Assembly (NCBI RefSeq): GCF_018977255.1
Contig: NW_024704743.1
Span: 34,102,001 to 34,166,000, forward strand
Origin: Callorhinchus milii
Taxonomy: Eukaryota
DNA: 64,000 bases
Direction of reading: 5' to 3'
Shown: positions 37,211 to 50,419 of the stretch, piece by piece
Position numbering within the stretch: the first letter of the stretch is position 1
Layout of the letters: each line of letters opens with the position of its first letter
Program-made: the position numbers and the translations under genes
Notes under the pieces: generated by a model
Told to the model about the DNA's origin: nothing
What the model saw: only the letters and a program-made list of their open reading frames with translations
Databases searched by the model: none

Positions 37211-37694
37211 TGTCATTATGGTTATATTAATGAGTCTCCCTGTGTAGGCCTTTCATTTATACTCTGAGTTGCTGCTAAATGCACACTATAAATACTGAAT
37301 TACAAGATACATTATTGTCTTTACGTTAGTCAGCTCATTACTTATCCAAATTTCGGGATATTTTCTTCAGAGCCTACCTTTCTGAAAGATTTAGATCATT
37401 AGTTTCTTTTTTTAACAATAACAAAACTTGATTTTTGGAGCTTCAGCTGGTTTCAGCTCTCAGCCACTATTTCAGTTTTCACCCTGTGCGTTAGAATGTC
37501 TCTCCAGACTGAAAGAGTTTGAAACTAGGCCCAGCAAGTTAGTGCAATACTAAATTGTTCAACAACTGCTCATCTCATCTTGTCCGAAGCACTATCTTGC
37601 ATGAAGGCCGCTATATTAATGCAAGTTGTCCTGTAACTTTGGTTTAAAATGTGGGATGTACAACTGCCCAAGATCCTAACATGTCATTATTTTG

Positions 37695-37808
37695 GCCACA
37701 AAATATACAGTCAATTCACTTTACAGTATATTCTGTGAAATGCTTTGAGACATCTCGACAACATGATAAGGTGCTACATCAAATGCAAGGATTATTATTT
37801 ATTATTAT
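37695..37808 (+). mobile_element. Family A SINE 3' fragment
   Basis: ccacaaaatatacagtcaattcactttacag...aaatgcaaggattattatt. Confidence 0.8.
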
Positions 37809-38718
37809 AATCTAAATTTTGATTTGGTAGATAAAGGAATATAACTTTTAATGCTGTTTAGCATAACTGTTTGGAGCTTATTCTAAGGCTTCTGGGGGTA
37901 GTTTGTGCTTTCAGGGGACCAACATGTGGCAGGGAAACTATGACCAGTAATTAGATTCTCAGAAGTAGTAGATATGAAGTAGGGTTTATGAAGAGAATAT
38001 CTGTGTGTTTCAAAAATCTGTATTATGCAATTAAAATAGTCACATGTCAAATTCATGTGCGTCTGCATGAGAAATAATCAAAACCAACATTTACTGAAGA
38101 AATTACTGTCCTAGAAAACTAGCACACATTTATAAAACTACAAAGTGTTCATTTTTCTATTGTGTAACACACCATAGAGAAATTTCAGCAACTACTCCAA
38201 AAGATAGGCCTCTGTATTTGTACAATGCTCTGGCCAGGCTGTGCTTTGAGTAAATGTTCTGGTCTCCATGGCATAACACCCTTAGAGCCTGGAGATAGTA
38301 CAGAGGAACAATGAAACTGATCAACAGTGTTAGAGGGATGAGCTATGAGCCAAGAGAAAATTGCGGAAATATGTGCCCCAAATTGTGGGGGGATTTGGCA
38401 ACCTATGCGGACAATTGTAGCAAAGTTTGGGGTAAAATTGTGGAAATTGATTGGTGCTATTGAGAGGCACATTTTACTGCTAACCTACATTTTTTCACTT
38501 CATCGATAAAAACTAAACATGAGGAATTAACAACAACAACAACTTGGATTTATATAGCACCCTTCACGCAGGGTGCCGTCCTGGAGCGCTTGATATAACA
38601 CATCATAGATTGTTGCAAAAAAAAACAATCTACTGATGCTTTCTTTAACAGAGATACACACACTCATAGACACAAAGAGACATAAGCACAGAGAGAGACA
38701 CACACACACTCACAGAGA

Positions 38719-39490
38719 GACAGACGAGGGACAAACAGAAGGCCGGAGCCTGGCGAGAGGAGGCTGCGGGTGGTGAAATTGGAGGTAAGCAGGTTGGATA
38801 GGTAGGGAGGTGCGAGGGCATGAACGAATTTGAAAACGAGTGAGAGGATCTTCAAATCAATCCGTTCGGTATTTGGGAGCCAGTGAAGCCTGGCAAGGAC
38901 TGGTGTGATGGGGGTATGGAGTTTTGTGCGGGTGCGGAGAAAAAGTTTTGAATTAGTTGAATTTTGTGTTCGGTGGAAGTGGGGAGACCAGCGAGGAAGG
39001 CATTGGAATAGTCCAGCCAGGAAGGGACAAAGCTGGGGACGAGGGTTTTGGCTGTGTTGGTTGTGAGATATGGACAGAAAGGGGCAAATGTGACGGAGGT
39101 GGAAAAAAGCGGTCCTGGTCAGGGAACGGATATGGGGTAGAAAAGAAAGCTGGGGATTGAACCTGACGCCTAAGCTGCACACAGGTTCAGAGAGTCTGAG
39201 GAAGAGCACGAGGAGGTTGAGGAGTTCAGACTTGCAGGAGAGAAGACATTGACGGGAGCCAAAGAGTATGGCTTCCGTCTTGCCAACATTCAGTTGCAGG
39301 AAATTTGCGCTCATCCAGGCCTTGATGTCCGTCAAACATCAGGACTGGGAGTCGAAGCTGGAGTACGAGAAGTAGATTTGTGTGTCATCTTCAAACATGT
39401 GTAAGTTGACACCATGTCTGCGGATGACATCGCTGAGAGGAAGAGTGTGGATAAGGAAAAGAAGGAGCCCAAGGATGGAGCCTTGGGATA
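38719..39490 (-). mobile_element. L2 LINE reverse-transcriptase fragment (frameshifted)
   Basis: Minus strand encodes PQGSILG...[21 protein letters not shown] (YADD position), then DIKAWMSANFLQLNVGKTEAILFG, PITPVLARLHWLP and ALAPPYLSNLL. Confidence 0.9.
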
Positions 39491-39931
39491 ATACAATACT
39501 CAATGGTTACAGGTTACTTCACTTGATAAATAACTGACTAGACCAACACAGCACCACAGTACTTCTGGGAGTCCTTCATTTCAAGCACTGTCTCCAGGTT
39601 CAAAGCAGGAGGGTGACCCCAAAATGAGCACTACCTACATTTCAATAAACCTTACTTAATCTTAAAAATATGTGAATAAATGCTGGTTCTATAAAGAGGT
39701 TGCATTGTGCACAAATAGCCCAATTGATACGTAGGACAAATGCACATTGATAGCATGACTTAAAACGATCCTTGCAAGTGAATGAGCAGATTGCACTGCC
39801 CTGAATCCTGCAATACGGCTCATCCTGTGACCAGCACATTGTTCTGCCGCTGATGGCAGGGATGCTGTTGGTGAAACTATGCTGAGACATACGTTTTGTC
39901 CCTTGTGATCAGCTCATTCCCACCATCGGTG

Positions 39932-40220
39932 TATCAGCCTGGTTCAGTTGGTAGAACTTTTCAACTCTGTCAAACGGTTGAGGGTGCAACCCCACCTTGG
40001 GACTTATATAGTCTAGGCTGACACTTCATTGTTGGAGGTACCATTCGTCAGATGGGATGATAAGTTGAGGTTTCATCTACCTGGTGGCTTTAAAGACCTC
40101 ATTACTATTTGAAAAGAGAATGGAGTTCCTCCTGGTGACCTGGCCACCAATCCCTTAGATAAAAGCGATTATTCATTTCATGACTGTTTGTGAGTCATTG
40201 TGCGCAAATTGCTGAACTGC
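39932..40220 (+). mobile_element. Family B Deu SINE, degenerate
   Basis: cagcctggttcagttggtagaact...tctaggctgacacttc...tgtgcgcaaattgctg. Confidence 0.65.
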
Positions 40221-40239
40221 TGTTTTACTGCTTTTGAAA

Positions 40240-40745
40240 ATGTTAACCACACATTTGTCACCTCCACCATTCGTAAAATCCAATTAATTCAAAACTCCAC
40301 TGCCCATATCCTAATCCGTAGTAAACTCCGCGCTCCCATCACTCCAATCCTTGCCAGGCTCCATTGCCTCGCTTTTGCAGAACAGATCCAAGATTCAAGA
40401 TCCTCACACTCACATAGAAATCACTTCATACTTTCAACCCTACCTCTCTGACCTGCTTACACCCTACTCTACTACCAACCCCTCACCATGTTCCCACCCA
40501 CCCATCAGCTGGCTCCAGCCTCTTTTCACTTACCCCATCCCCTCTACTCCACCATCAGTGGCTTTGCTTTCAGCCCGTACAGCACCAAAACTATGCAAGT
40601 CTGCCTCAATCCCATTGCCTTGACCCCTGCTTGTGCATCTTTAGATCACACTTGAAGACCTTCTTCATTGACTGTGCCTACGGTCACCTCCCCTCTCTCC
40701 CTGGCTCAGTATCAAGTTCCGACACTGTTAAGTGCTCTGAGATGT
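40240..40745 (+). mobile_element. L2 LINE 3' fragment
   Basis: Encodes IRKIQLIQNSTAHILIRSKLRAPITPILARLH and a later LKTFFI remnant. Confidence 0.75.
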
Positions 40746-43700
40746 ACTGTAGATGGAGTGGAGTGACTGTTATTTTGTAGGCAAAAGCAACAGCAATTTG
40801 CATTTATATAGCACCCTTCACATGGGGTTGGATGTTTCCTGCTTGTATTTATGAAGTACTATTCACGCTATCCCGATGAATGGTGTTATATAAATGCAAA
40901 TTGTTGCTGCTATTGGCTACAAAATAACAGTCACTCCACTTCACAGTAAATCCTGTGAAGCGCATTAGATGTTTGAGCAACATAATAAGGCGCAACATCA
41001 AGTGCAAGGCTTATTTATTTCGAAGTATCTGGGCACACTGGCTCATGTGTCACAATTTTAAATTTTCTGGCCGTGAATTTTCCTCCACCTCCGGGGGAAT
41101 AGCACATGCAAGCCAGCAGTGCCAAACAGGCATTCCTGACCCACAGTGGCAGGTTCGGAGACAGTGGCGAGACCCGTGACCAGAAAGCGAAAGCCACACG
41201 TGTGGTTGTTTGATTGTTTCTGCCGGCCATTCACTCCACCCACAGTGTATAAAAAATTTGAAATTTTCTGCAAAGAAGGATGCCATTTGCCCCATCGTGT
41301 CTGTGCCACCGTTACCCGTTTTACTAAATTGCCTTTTTTTTAAAAATTACAATTTCCAGCTCTTTCCCCACATCCAATAATGTTTTTACAGCTCAGGTGC
41401 TTACCCAATTCCCTTTTGAAAGGGAATTTACTGTGCAAACATAGTAAATTCCACACTACAGTAGCAGCTCTGTCATTTAACTGGGGCATTACAGGCACAC
41501 ATTGCACTGGTTACAGCGCTCTGATTTTGCTGCAGACTAAAGCCCCGAGCTTGGCAGAAAATCAGCAAATGAAATGCTGCAGCGCACCACCTCTAAATCT
41601 GGCTCTCCAAATCCAATTGCAACATAAATCCAAAGCACCTCATCGTTAGAGGTGCCCATGGGTTGTTGAAGCTCTCCACATGCATCCTGTGCAGCCCAAA
41701 CAAGCGGTGGCTCTCTCAAGAGCGTCCCAAAAGCGAGGAAGATTCACAGGCAAGAAATTTAAACAGCAACTCATTAGCCACTGTGCCAGGCAGTTATTTC
41801 AACAATACCTTTGGTTCTTTGGGCTCTTCTTTAAAAAAGCACTGCAAAATACATAGTGAGAGTGGGCGTTTCTACAGCGATAAGAGTTTTGGACAGGATT
41901 GTAGAACCACTCCAGGATTCTGAGTCACTCACACATATTCAGAACTCAAAAGCAGAGAACGTTCAATTTATCTTCGGCAAACAAGAGTACCGCAGGCTTC
42001 AGTTAAGTTTATTACAGTGCATCAATGCACAAAGACTGTTCTGTCTGCAGCCATCTGTAGCAATTACCACATAGGGTCATGGGCAAAACATGCCTGGCAA
42101 CAAGCGTCATTTCCATATACCTGCAGCTGAGCTGGGTATCCCGCCCACTTCCTCGGCAGCCACTGATCGGGTTTATTTTACCTGGCACCACTTTCGTGTA
42201 CCTAATCACAAATGTTTGTAAAAAGGGATTGCAAATCGACTGCCATTTCACTTGTTCCATCGTCATGCTCTCTCTCTCTCTGTGTCTGTTCACTCAACAA
42301 ACTTAATTTTCTAAACTGAAATAAAAGCCACACTGTTGTCTTAATTTGTTTTTAAAGAGTTAACAGCCTGACAGGGAGGTCAAGCACCCATGGTGCACAA
42401 GGAGAAGCACTCACCAGACAGACAGATATGGGTCCATGAAACATGGTGCTGGCCATTTATAACGCAACATTGAACATTTGGGCAATTTGTTTGCAATTTG
42501 ACAGCGATAACCTTAAAAAAACAGAGCAATCAGCAGAGGTAGCAATCTCACTCTTGCTCTGTTCAACAACTATAACATTTAAGAGATTTAACATTTAACA
42601 TTTAAGAATAATATAACATTTAAGAGAGAAGTGGGTAACAAATTGAATTTGACAAAATTTAATATTATTATACTATAATATTTTAGGGTGAGAGTAGAGG
42701 GAATTATTTCATGCCCATCATTCCCCCCATATATAAATGTTAATAATAGTCTTCGCATTTGATATAGCTCCTTTTTGTGTCCTTGAGGCATCTGAAAGCA
42801 CTTCACTGGAATTATTGTAAAGTGCAGTAATTGTGTATTAGTTAACAAATGTAGTAGGTGTATATTTTGGGGGAAAAAAAGTGGTCTTATACTATAACAA
42901 ATTATATGGGAAGCAACCAGAGAAAAGTGCGATAAATAAGCAAACATGAAGGAAAGTATCACTGTAGGATAATGAGAAAGAACAGGAGAATCACTTAAAA
43001 CCTACCTCCTTGATTGTGTCCAGAGTCACCTCCCTCATTTCCCCCTTGCTTGGCAACCAACGCTGCCACTGTGAAGTACTCTAAGACATCATCCTATATG
43101 AAGGGAGCTATGTATATAGCTCAGGGGGAGGAAATCAGCAGTGTTCGCTGCTCCTGACTGATATCCAAATACCCCAACTGGAATACCAGAGGAGGATAGG
43201 ATTATGACTATGATTTTCTCCCCCTTCGCCAACATGGTCAAAGAGCCTGCTAACACTCGCAGCAAAGATGCACACATGAGAAATGGCCACTTGTCCAAGA
43301 TACCAGAGAGATACCCCAGCTGACGGAAAACAAGGAGAAAAAAAAGACTTCAGGAGGAAGTAAGAAATTATCAGAAAGAAAAGAAAAACTAAAACCCCTT
43401 GTGTCTTTTAACAAAAATGCTTTACGTGAGAGGATTGGGAATGGCAATTTAACTGTGAGCAGAGCTGCCAAAACTTTGGCTCCGACCCCCGCTGTGTGGG
43501 GTTCATATTTCGCAAACAGACTGATAGAAGTGTGGACTTTATAGTTTGACAATCAGCTGTTTGTGACGGTTAGCAAAATACCTGCAAACATGCATGCCGA
43601 TGTGAGTGACGGGGGGAATCTCAATCATAATGTTAGAACGTCGGCAAAATGCCAAATGAAGAATAAAACACAAGCTTGTCTCATGTTATCAGTGCTCAGA

Positions 43701-44179
43701 CTTCTGCAACTGATTAACATACTTTAAATAAGTGTATTGTGTGTAGGAGAGTGTTATGCAATGCCATACTTGGCAGAATAATCAGTGCAAAATCTAGCTT
43801 TCCTGATGATCTTGGTTGCATTCACACTGGAAACCCAGATTCTTCACAAATGATGCCACATTTCACTCCCTTCTTACAGGGGCCAAGCGAGAAAGATAGG
43901 TTGGTGTCATTCCTTCCCACAGACATACTGAGCTGCCTGCTCTCTTCCAACACAAGTGCAGTTATCTGCAATTTTATAGAAAAAAACAACACTCACAGAA
44001 ACGATATTTGTTTTGGAAATGTTTCTAAACAGATTTTATAACAAAACCAAACATCTTGTTGCTGTAATTTGACACTTAAGCAATGAACCATTTCTTCCAG
44101 CATATCAACTCACCACTGCATACAGAAATTCTAATTAAACTAAATTGATCCCAACGGCCGTGAGGTTAAACACATTGAC

Positions 44180-44520
44180 CAATGTTAACACTGGGCCATG
44201 CAGACCAGAAACTGTGCAGGTTCAAATCCCAGTCAATGCGGAGGTAATTTGCCTTAGTTGGGTCAGCAGTTGGGGTGCTACATTTGGTTTCAGCATCACT
44301 GGGTTAGGAAATGGGGCGAGAGGGGGAAAAGGAAGGAAAATAGCCAGCGGTCCCATTCCTAATTGTTCTCCAGAGACTTCTGCATGTGTAGATAGCATTG
44401 GTCTCGGCTGTGATGTTCCCCCCTTGAACAGGCCTGTCAGAGTCTACAAATGAATAATGTTCACTTAGGTGAGATGCCAGGGGATGACTGATACCCCACA
44501 GAATCACACTCCAATAAAAA
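44180..44520 (+). repeat. Old SINE-like interspersed repeat, with weaker relatives near 32380-32640(-), 33620-33750(+), 34170-34340(-) and 43090-43180(+)
   Basis: B-box-like ggttcaaatccc and recurring blocks (ggaaaa..agcc.g.gttc..gctcct.at..., ctcggctgtgatg) shared among these positions. Confidence 0.45.
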
Positions 44521-45890
44521 GAAACAAGACTTTGAGAGAGACAGGGGAAAATCGGAAGACTCCCCCTCCCCCAGGTCCTATGACTGTCCTATACCCCACA
44601 TCATACTGACAGATCCGCTATTGTAACTAATCTTTAAAAAAACACAGATGAAACATGCCATCCCAACACTAAGTCTGACCTACGACCTGTCCCATCACTA
44701 TGCTTGTTTCCAATGAGAAGCCAGATGGGAAGGAGGTGGGCAATTGTGTCAAGAGCTGGCGAAACAGGGTCATTGTATAAATAAACCCTGATGAATCAAT
44801 TGACTGTCTTCATCTGCAGGGGATCCTAATATAAATCCATAAACTGGAAATTGAGCCACAAAGCAAATTTTCGGGGCAGGCTCGAGGGGCCGAATGGCCT
44901 ACTCCTGCTCCTAATTCTTATGTTCAGAAACTATAACGGTTGCTGTCTAAACCTGTTATAATCAGTTACTTACTGACTCGCTGCAAAGTGTCGGTGTGCA
45001 ATTAAGTCCAAGCACCAACTTATGCGCTGTATGTAATGGACAGAGCATAAAATGGTGAACAGGTTACAGGAATGGGTGGAAAAGATTTTTTTGGAAAAAC
45101 CTCACAAAATAGCCTGAAGGTTATGTTTGCTTCCTGCACGACTTCCTGCCACAGGACTCCAGCCAGTAAGACAGACCACTACATTCCAACCCAGAGTGAT
45201 TTTAAATAGTCTCCTATACACCGGGAGCTGTAAGACATCAATAGTAATTCTGTATGGGACCCAGTTCTATGAAACTGATCAACATCTGAATGTCAAAAAG
45301 GTGTGATCCTTCGATCAACACTATTAACTGAAAAGTTAACCTGTCCTCTTTCAGGTGCTGATTAACTTGCTGAGTATTTCCAGCATTTTTGTCTTTTATT
45401 TCAGTGTCAGCAATTTTTTTAAACACTAATTTATACATTATCCTTTAGGAGTGTCCCCATCCCCTACACACACCCCTTAATGGTAGGACAGCTATCTGAA
45501 GATGGAGTTTCTCCCTGAGGCTGCTTATCCCAGCCCAGTGTCAAGGCTTGGGAAGAGGCTTGCCCAGTGCAGGTTACAGAGACCAAAGCCCATTACTGGC
45601 ATCAAGTGGTCACCACCTAGAATCCTAATGAGATAGTGTTTTACATTTGGACAGGGCACAAATTCAGGACTGTCAATCCAAGTCATTCAATTGAGGTGGC
45701 TCAAGTGAGCTAAGAGAACAGGAGCAGACTGAGGCCCACTAAGCTTGTTTTGCTTGTTTATTAGGGCAGATTTTTAAAACCCATTACCAGGAAATGCTCT
45801 TTAATACAGTAAAACAGAAGTGCATAGAGTATTGATTAAATCGTATTTTATACAATTTATCCAATTTTCGTGTAACTCAGATTTCACACA

Positions 45891-46235
45891 AGTCCAGTAG
45901 CTCAGTGGTTAGAGCACTCGCCCTTCAAGTGAGAGGATCTGGGTTTGATTCCTGGCAGGGTTTGATTCCTTACTCCACACGCCTCTGTTAACCTAGCAGT
46001 AAGTAGGAACCTGGTTGTTAGTCGATTGGCGGATTGCTTTTCCGGAGGTAATAATTCCTTCAAGAATAAATAATAATTTGGTCACTCAATCCACAACTGC
46101 TTGTGGGACACTGCTGTGCGCAATTGGCTGATGCATTTCACTACAAAATATACAGTCAATTCACTTTACAGTATATTCTGTGAAGCGCTTTGAGACATAA
46201 GGCGCTATATCAAATGCAAGGCTTATTATTGTTAT
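45891..46235 (+). mobile_element. Near full-length Deu SINE (family A)
   Basis: agtccagtagctcagtggttagagcactcgcc...gggtttgattcc...ctgctgtgcgcaattggctg...tatatcaaatgcaaggcttattatt. Confidence 0.9.
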
Positions 46236-47647
46236 GGTGCTGACTGATATGACTTCTGTTTTGACTTAGTTTTACTGTACCTTTATTACCCAAGTATCTT
46301 TCTATCTCCCTTTCTACAAAACCCTCTTGGAAACCTCTCTCTATGGTCACACCTTCCGTTAACACCATTAAATTCTCCTCTCTTTGCTCAGTGATCTCTA
46401 TTGCTTCTTGAAGTATTTTGAGGCATTCATCCTATGTAAAAGGCACTATGTAAATGCAAGTTGTTGTAAAGATCCCAATTCATTCTGCTTCTTTGGCCTT
46501 CTGGAACTGCCCTGTAACTTCTTTAAGGGGGTTGAGTGTTGGCTGACCTACCCATACTAGGAATCCAGCAGGTATCCAAAATCAATAACCTAAGAGCATG
46601 GATGGACTCAGTGACACTGTGCTGCCAGTTCCGTATGTTCAAACAATGAAGGAAGTTTTACTTGGTGCTCTCCCAATCCACACATTGACAAGCCCAGGTC
46701 CAATGCATCAGGTTTACCTTGGCAACTTTCATCAGTTCATTAATGGGAGAGACCTCGGCTTCACCGACACACAGGGTAAGGATCAGTTACAAAATGTTCA
46801 GCCTCGTCCCTAGATAGTTAGTTAATGATGGGAACCGCTGTCTAAATCAAGGCCGAGGTCCTTCTTTGTAGCATTTGGACTTCTGCAAATGTTTATTCAG
46901 TGCAATATTTGGCGTTAAAGGGAAAAGTCAATGCTGACATAGACCTTGGTCCAGAGGAAGAGATTTCTATCCAAGGCCTCAGTTAAATGGGAAAACCAAT
47001 GAAGGATTTTTAAAGTTAGGACTTGGCACATGGAAATTCTGGACTCATTTTATTTCGCTGAAAACATGCCTGAAGCCTGCAGGCTGAAAACAGATACAGT
47101 ACACTCGGAGAAGATGTATTTCCTCACACTCTTGGAACTAGGGTAACCAGGGCAAATGATGCCAAAGAGGAGAAAAATAACTCAGGATGCATGAAACAAA
47201 TATTTTTTTAAAAACTTGCATAGCCTTTCATATCAGGAGGCAGTCTCAAAGTGCTTCACAGGATTTACTGTAAAGTGCAGCGTTTGTGCATTTTATAGGT
47301 GAACACACCAGCCAATTTCCACACAATAATGTCCATAAACAGCCTTGAAGTAAATGACCAATTTTATCTGGTGATTGATGGTCAGGACACAGGAGAAACT
47401 CCCTTGTCTATTCAAGCAATGCCACTGATTTTTTTTAAGATGACCTCAGTTTAACATCTTATCTGAAAGACAAGAGTGGGATGCAGTAACTGCGCGACTC
47501 AAAAAGAATCACTGAAATCACTGAGCAATGCCTTTACCCTAGATTGCAAACCATGCACAATTGAGCAAAGAATAAATGGATTCATTTGATTACCTATTGT
47601 GCTTGAAATTTCTTATTTTCCCCAAATACTTTCTGAAGTGAAGTTAT

Positions 47648-47756
47648 TCGCCCACAAACTGTACAGTCAATTCACTTTACCGTATGTTCTGTGAAGCGCT
47701 TTGAGAATATTCGAAAAAGTGATAAGGCGCTATATCAAATGCAAGGATTATTATTA
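47648..47756 (+). mobile_element. Family A SINE 3' fragment
   Basis: tcgcccacaaactgtacagtcaattcactttac...gcgctatatcaaatgcaaggattattattat. Confidence 0.8.
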
Positions 47757-50419
47757 TGTTTTGTATCCTTTCACCTTTGTCAGCGTATTCCAAACAAGAA
47801 AATATGTACACACATTGCGTACGAATGTCTCAAAAACCATGATACCAGTATCCTACCTTGCAGTTGAGCTATGGCTCTAAGAAATATATGTAAATCGTCG
47901 AGACATTGTCTCACTTTGTCAAAGCTAAACACTATTTAAACCATAGTGCTTAATGTAGCCACTGCCAGCTTGCCTCTTTCTCTGAACTGATACCACTGGA
48001 TACTGACACTGAAATAAAAGACAAAAATGCTGGAAATACTCAGCAAGTTAATCAGCACCTGAAAGAGGACAGGATAAGATAAGACTAGTTACAAATCAGA
48101 AATCACTCTGCCCAAAATCACGTGCTGCTTCAGATCCTCTCCTAGCATTGCGATTGTATCAGTAGATCACACAAAAAAGCTGCCACTCTGCTTTTTCACC
48201 AGTCTGTCTATATGTTTTATCTGCTCACAGATGGCACAACAATAACGTCTTTGTCCACAGCCACACACGTTCACTAACTTGAGGAATTTTCAGAACAACT
48301 TTCAGAGTGTTTGCAGACTCTTGTCTGTCTGCCTGAAACTTGCACACAGAGAGAGGCTCCTACTCAGTCACGATCTGCCATTGACAGTAAGTGACCAGGA
48401 TGCCAGATGTCAAGTGATCTTTGCTCGTACACTGTCAAGAGAGACAATGTCTCCTTGTTAAATTAAATGCCATTGTCTTTAATGTCAGAATGAACAATTG
48501 CCCCCTCCTCCTTTCTTCCTTCATCGTGTCACTCAGACTAATGATGATTGTGTGCCAATCTCTCCCCCCAATCCCCCAACTCCACCACCCCCCCACCCCA
48601 CATCTACAGAAAGCCAGCACAATGTAAAATTGACATGACCCCCTTAGCTATTAGAAAAATGGGAGGTTTCTCTTCCCTTATCAAATCAACAATGCACAAC
48701 CTCATCGACAGCACATCAAATAATAAGATTTAATAAGACAAGATCATTTCTAGGGATTCAGAGAATTCAATTTAATTTGGGGATTTTAAAGCACTGTCCT
48801 TCAATGCACAGCCACCCCTACTTGAGGTTCCTTGTGAAAGTCAATATATTACCACTATTTTACATTACTTTACTGCTTCCTAGGCTACCAATGTACAGAT
48901 GGGCTGACTTTCATTCTGATTTTTTTTAGCTTTTAAATCAATGAAACCTGCGCAGTTTTGTGAAACAAATAATTAACCGTGACGTGCTGCCGTACCGAGC
49001 CCCGAAGGCTTGTGATATGCGGCACGCTAAAGGAAGTTTCAGTTCTAATCAGCAATCAACCACATGCAGTAGCAAAACCCTCAGAGCAGCCTCAACTCAG
49101 CCCATTCAGTGCTACTTTTGCATTTGAAGTTTGTGTACTCATTTTTGCCAAAAAAAAATCAAAGATAAAGAAAATCAACACTAATTTGGGGGAAAACAAG
49201 AATATTTTAACATGGATGGCACTGCAGGATCCTCAAGGAAAGATTTTAAATCATTTAATGTGGGGGATCTGAGCAGGAAAGGAAGCTGTTGCAAAACCTA
49301 GAGGATTTTTGACGTATTCTTAGGACTGACTTTTGAAAACAGTTAAGCTTATATTGAGCAAGATTCTGGGGTAGTGTTATGCCAAAGTACACCCTGTAAA
49401 AATACATCTGTTTCTTTTATCATAGTGTGCATTTTTCACATTAAAATTAAGTTTAAGAATAAGTACTTGCATATTTTATCCTCCCTGTTGAAGCTATTTT
49501 CTTGAACCATTTTCCAGCCCTGGGGGAGGGCTGGGAGGAGAAGGAAGCTCGCTTTTGTACCTCTGATGCTCAGTGCATTCAACGGAGCCACTGAGAGAGC
49601 TTCAGCTTGAAGCAGGTTTTATGTTGTTGAAAATCCAAGTTGCAGTAAGTCAAAATTGCAGTTTAGCTTTTATCGAAATTTCAAAAAATAGAGTGTTCTC
49701 TCAGCAATTATGCATGCTTAAAGTTTCCACATACCAGGTAACAGCAGCTGAAAGCTACTAAATTGCAGCAAGTTGCATTCTTCAACTTGAGGATCCTAGT
49801 AAAATCGAGGTTGTATTGAGAGTGCATCAACCACATAACTGAATCATGTCTATGTTGCCAGTCGCTTAAATGCCAGACAGGCAAGTATGGATGTACTCTC
49901 AATACTAAATTAATACAACTGCTAGACATTTGGCATAGTTACACTCGACAACAAAACTTTCATGGACAGCCCCATGGCCTAACAAAGCTATCTTTGATAA
50001 CATCTTCATAATGCCTCTTTCTGTTCTGAATGGATGTAAGAAGATTCTTTTGGACAACAGCAAAGAAATCCTGAAGCTTTGCATCAATGTTATTTTCTCT
50101 GTCTCTGTTAACTATTACTAAGTGCTTCAACAAGCGTCTCTGAATAGCGTGCACACAAGTGCTTTTTCTGCAAGAAAATCAAATCCAAGTGCTCTGGCAT
50201 CACAACTAAGTTACACCAACCAAATATTTAGAGGCATGCTAATGCAGTACTCTCTCGGGAGTGTGGGATGGTGAACATTGGTGGCACTAAGCCATCACAA
50301 CAACAAGGTCAGTGCAAGGAATACAGCATCTTATTATTCTGTACTAGTGGCCTTGTAACTACAATAGTGAACCATGGGGACCACACGAGTTCAGAATAGC
50401 AGTCACTTGGTTGCCTTTT

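Larger units (their letters stand above)
45340..48073. repeat. Perfect 71-bp inverted repeat pair (45340-45410 and 48003-48073)
   Basis: The reverse complement of 48003-48073 equals 45340-45410 at every base. Confidence 0.95.

Noticed and set aside
38664..39335. 223-aa ORF as a host gene or active RT
   Set aside because: Frameshifted L2 fragment with the catalytic motif altered to FEDD and no endonuclease region.
41060..41360. Possible MITE or Harbinger-like element starting ggccgtgaattttcc
   Set aside because: No matching second terminal inverted repeat or target-site duplication could be located.
45891..45970. tRNA-like sequences at SINE heads (also about 1400-1476 and 35975-36046)
   Set aside because: They continue into SINE bodies and lack a complete cloverleaf, so they are not tRNA genes.
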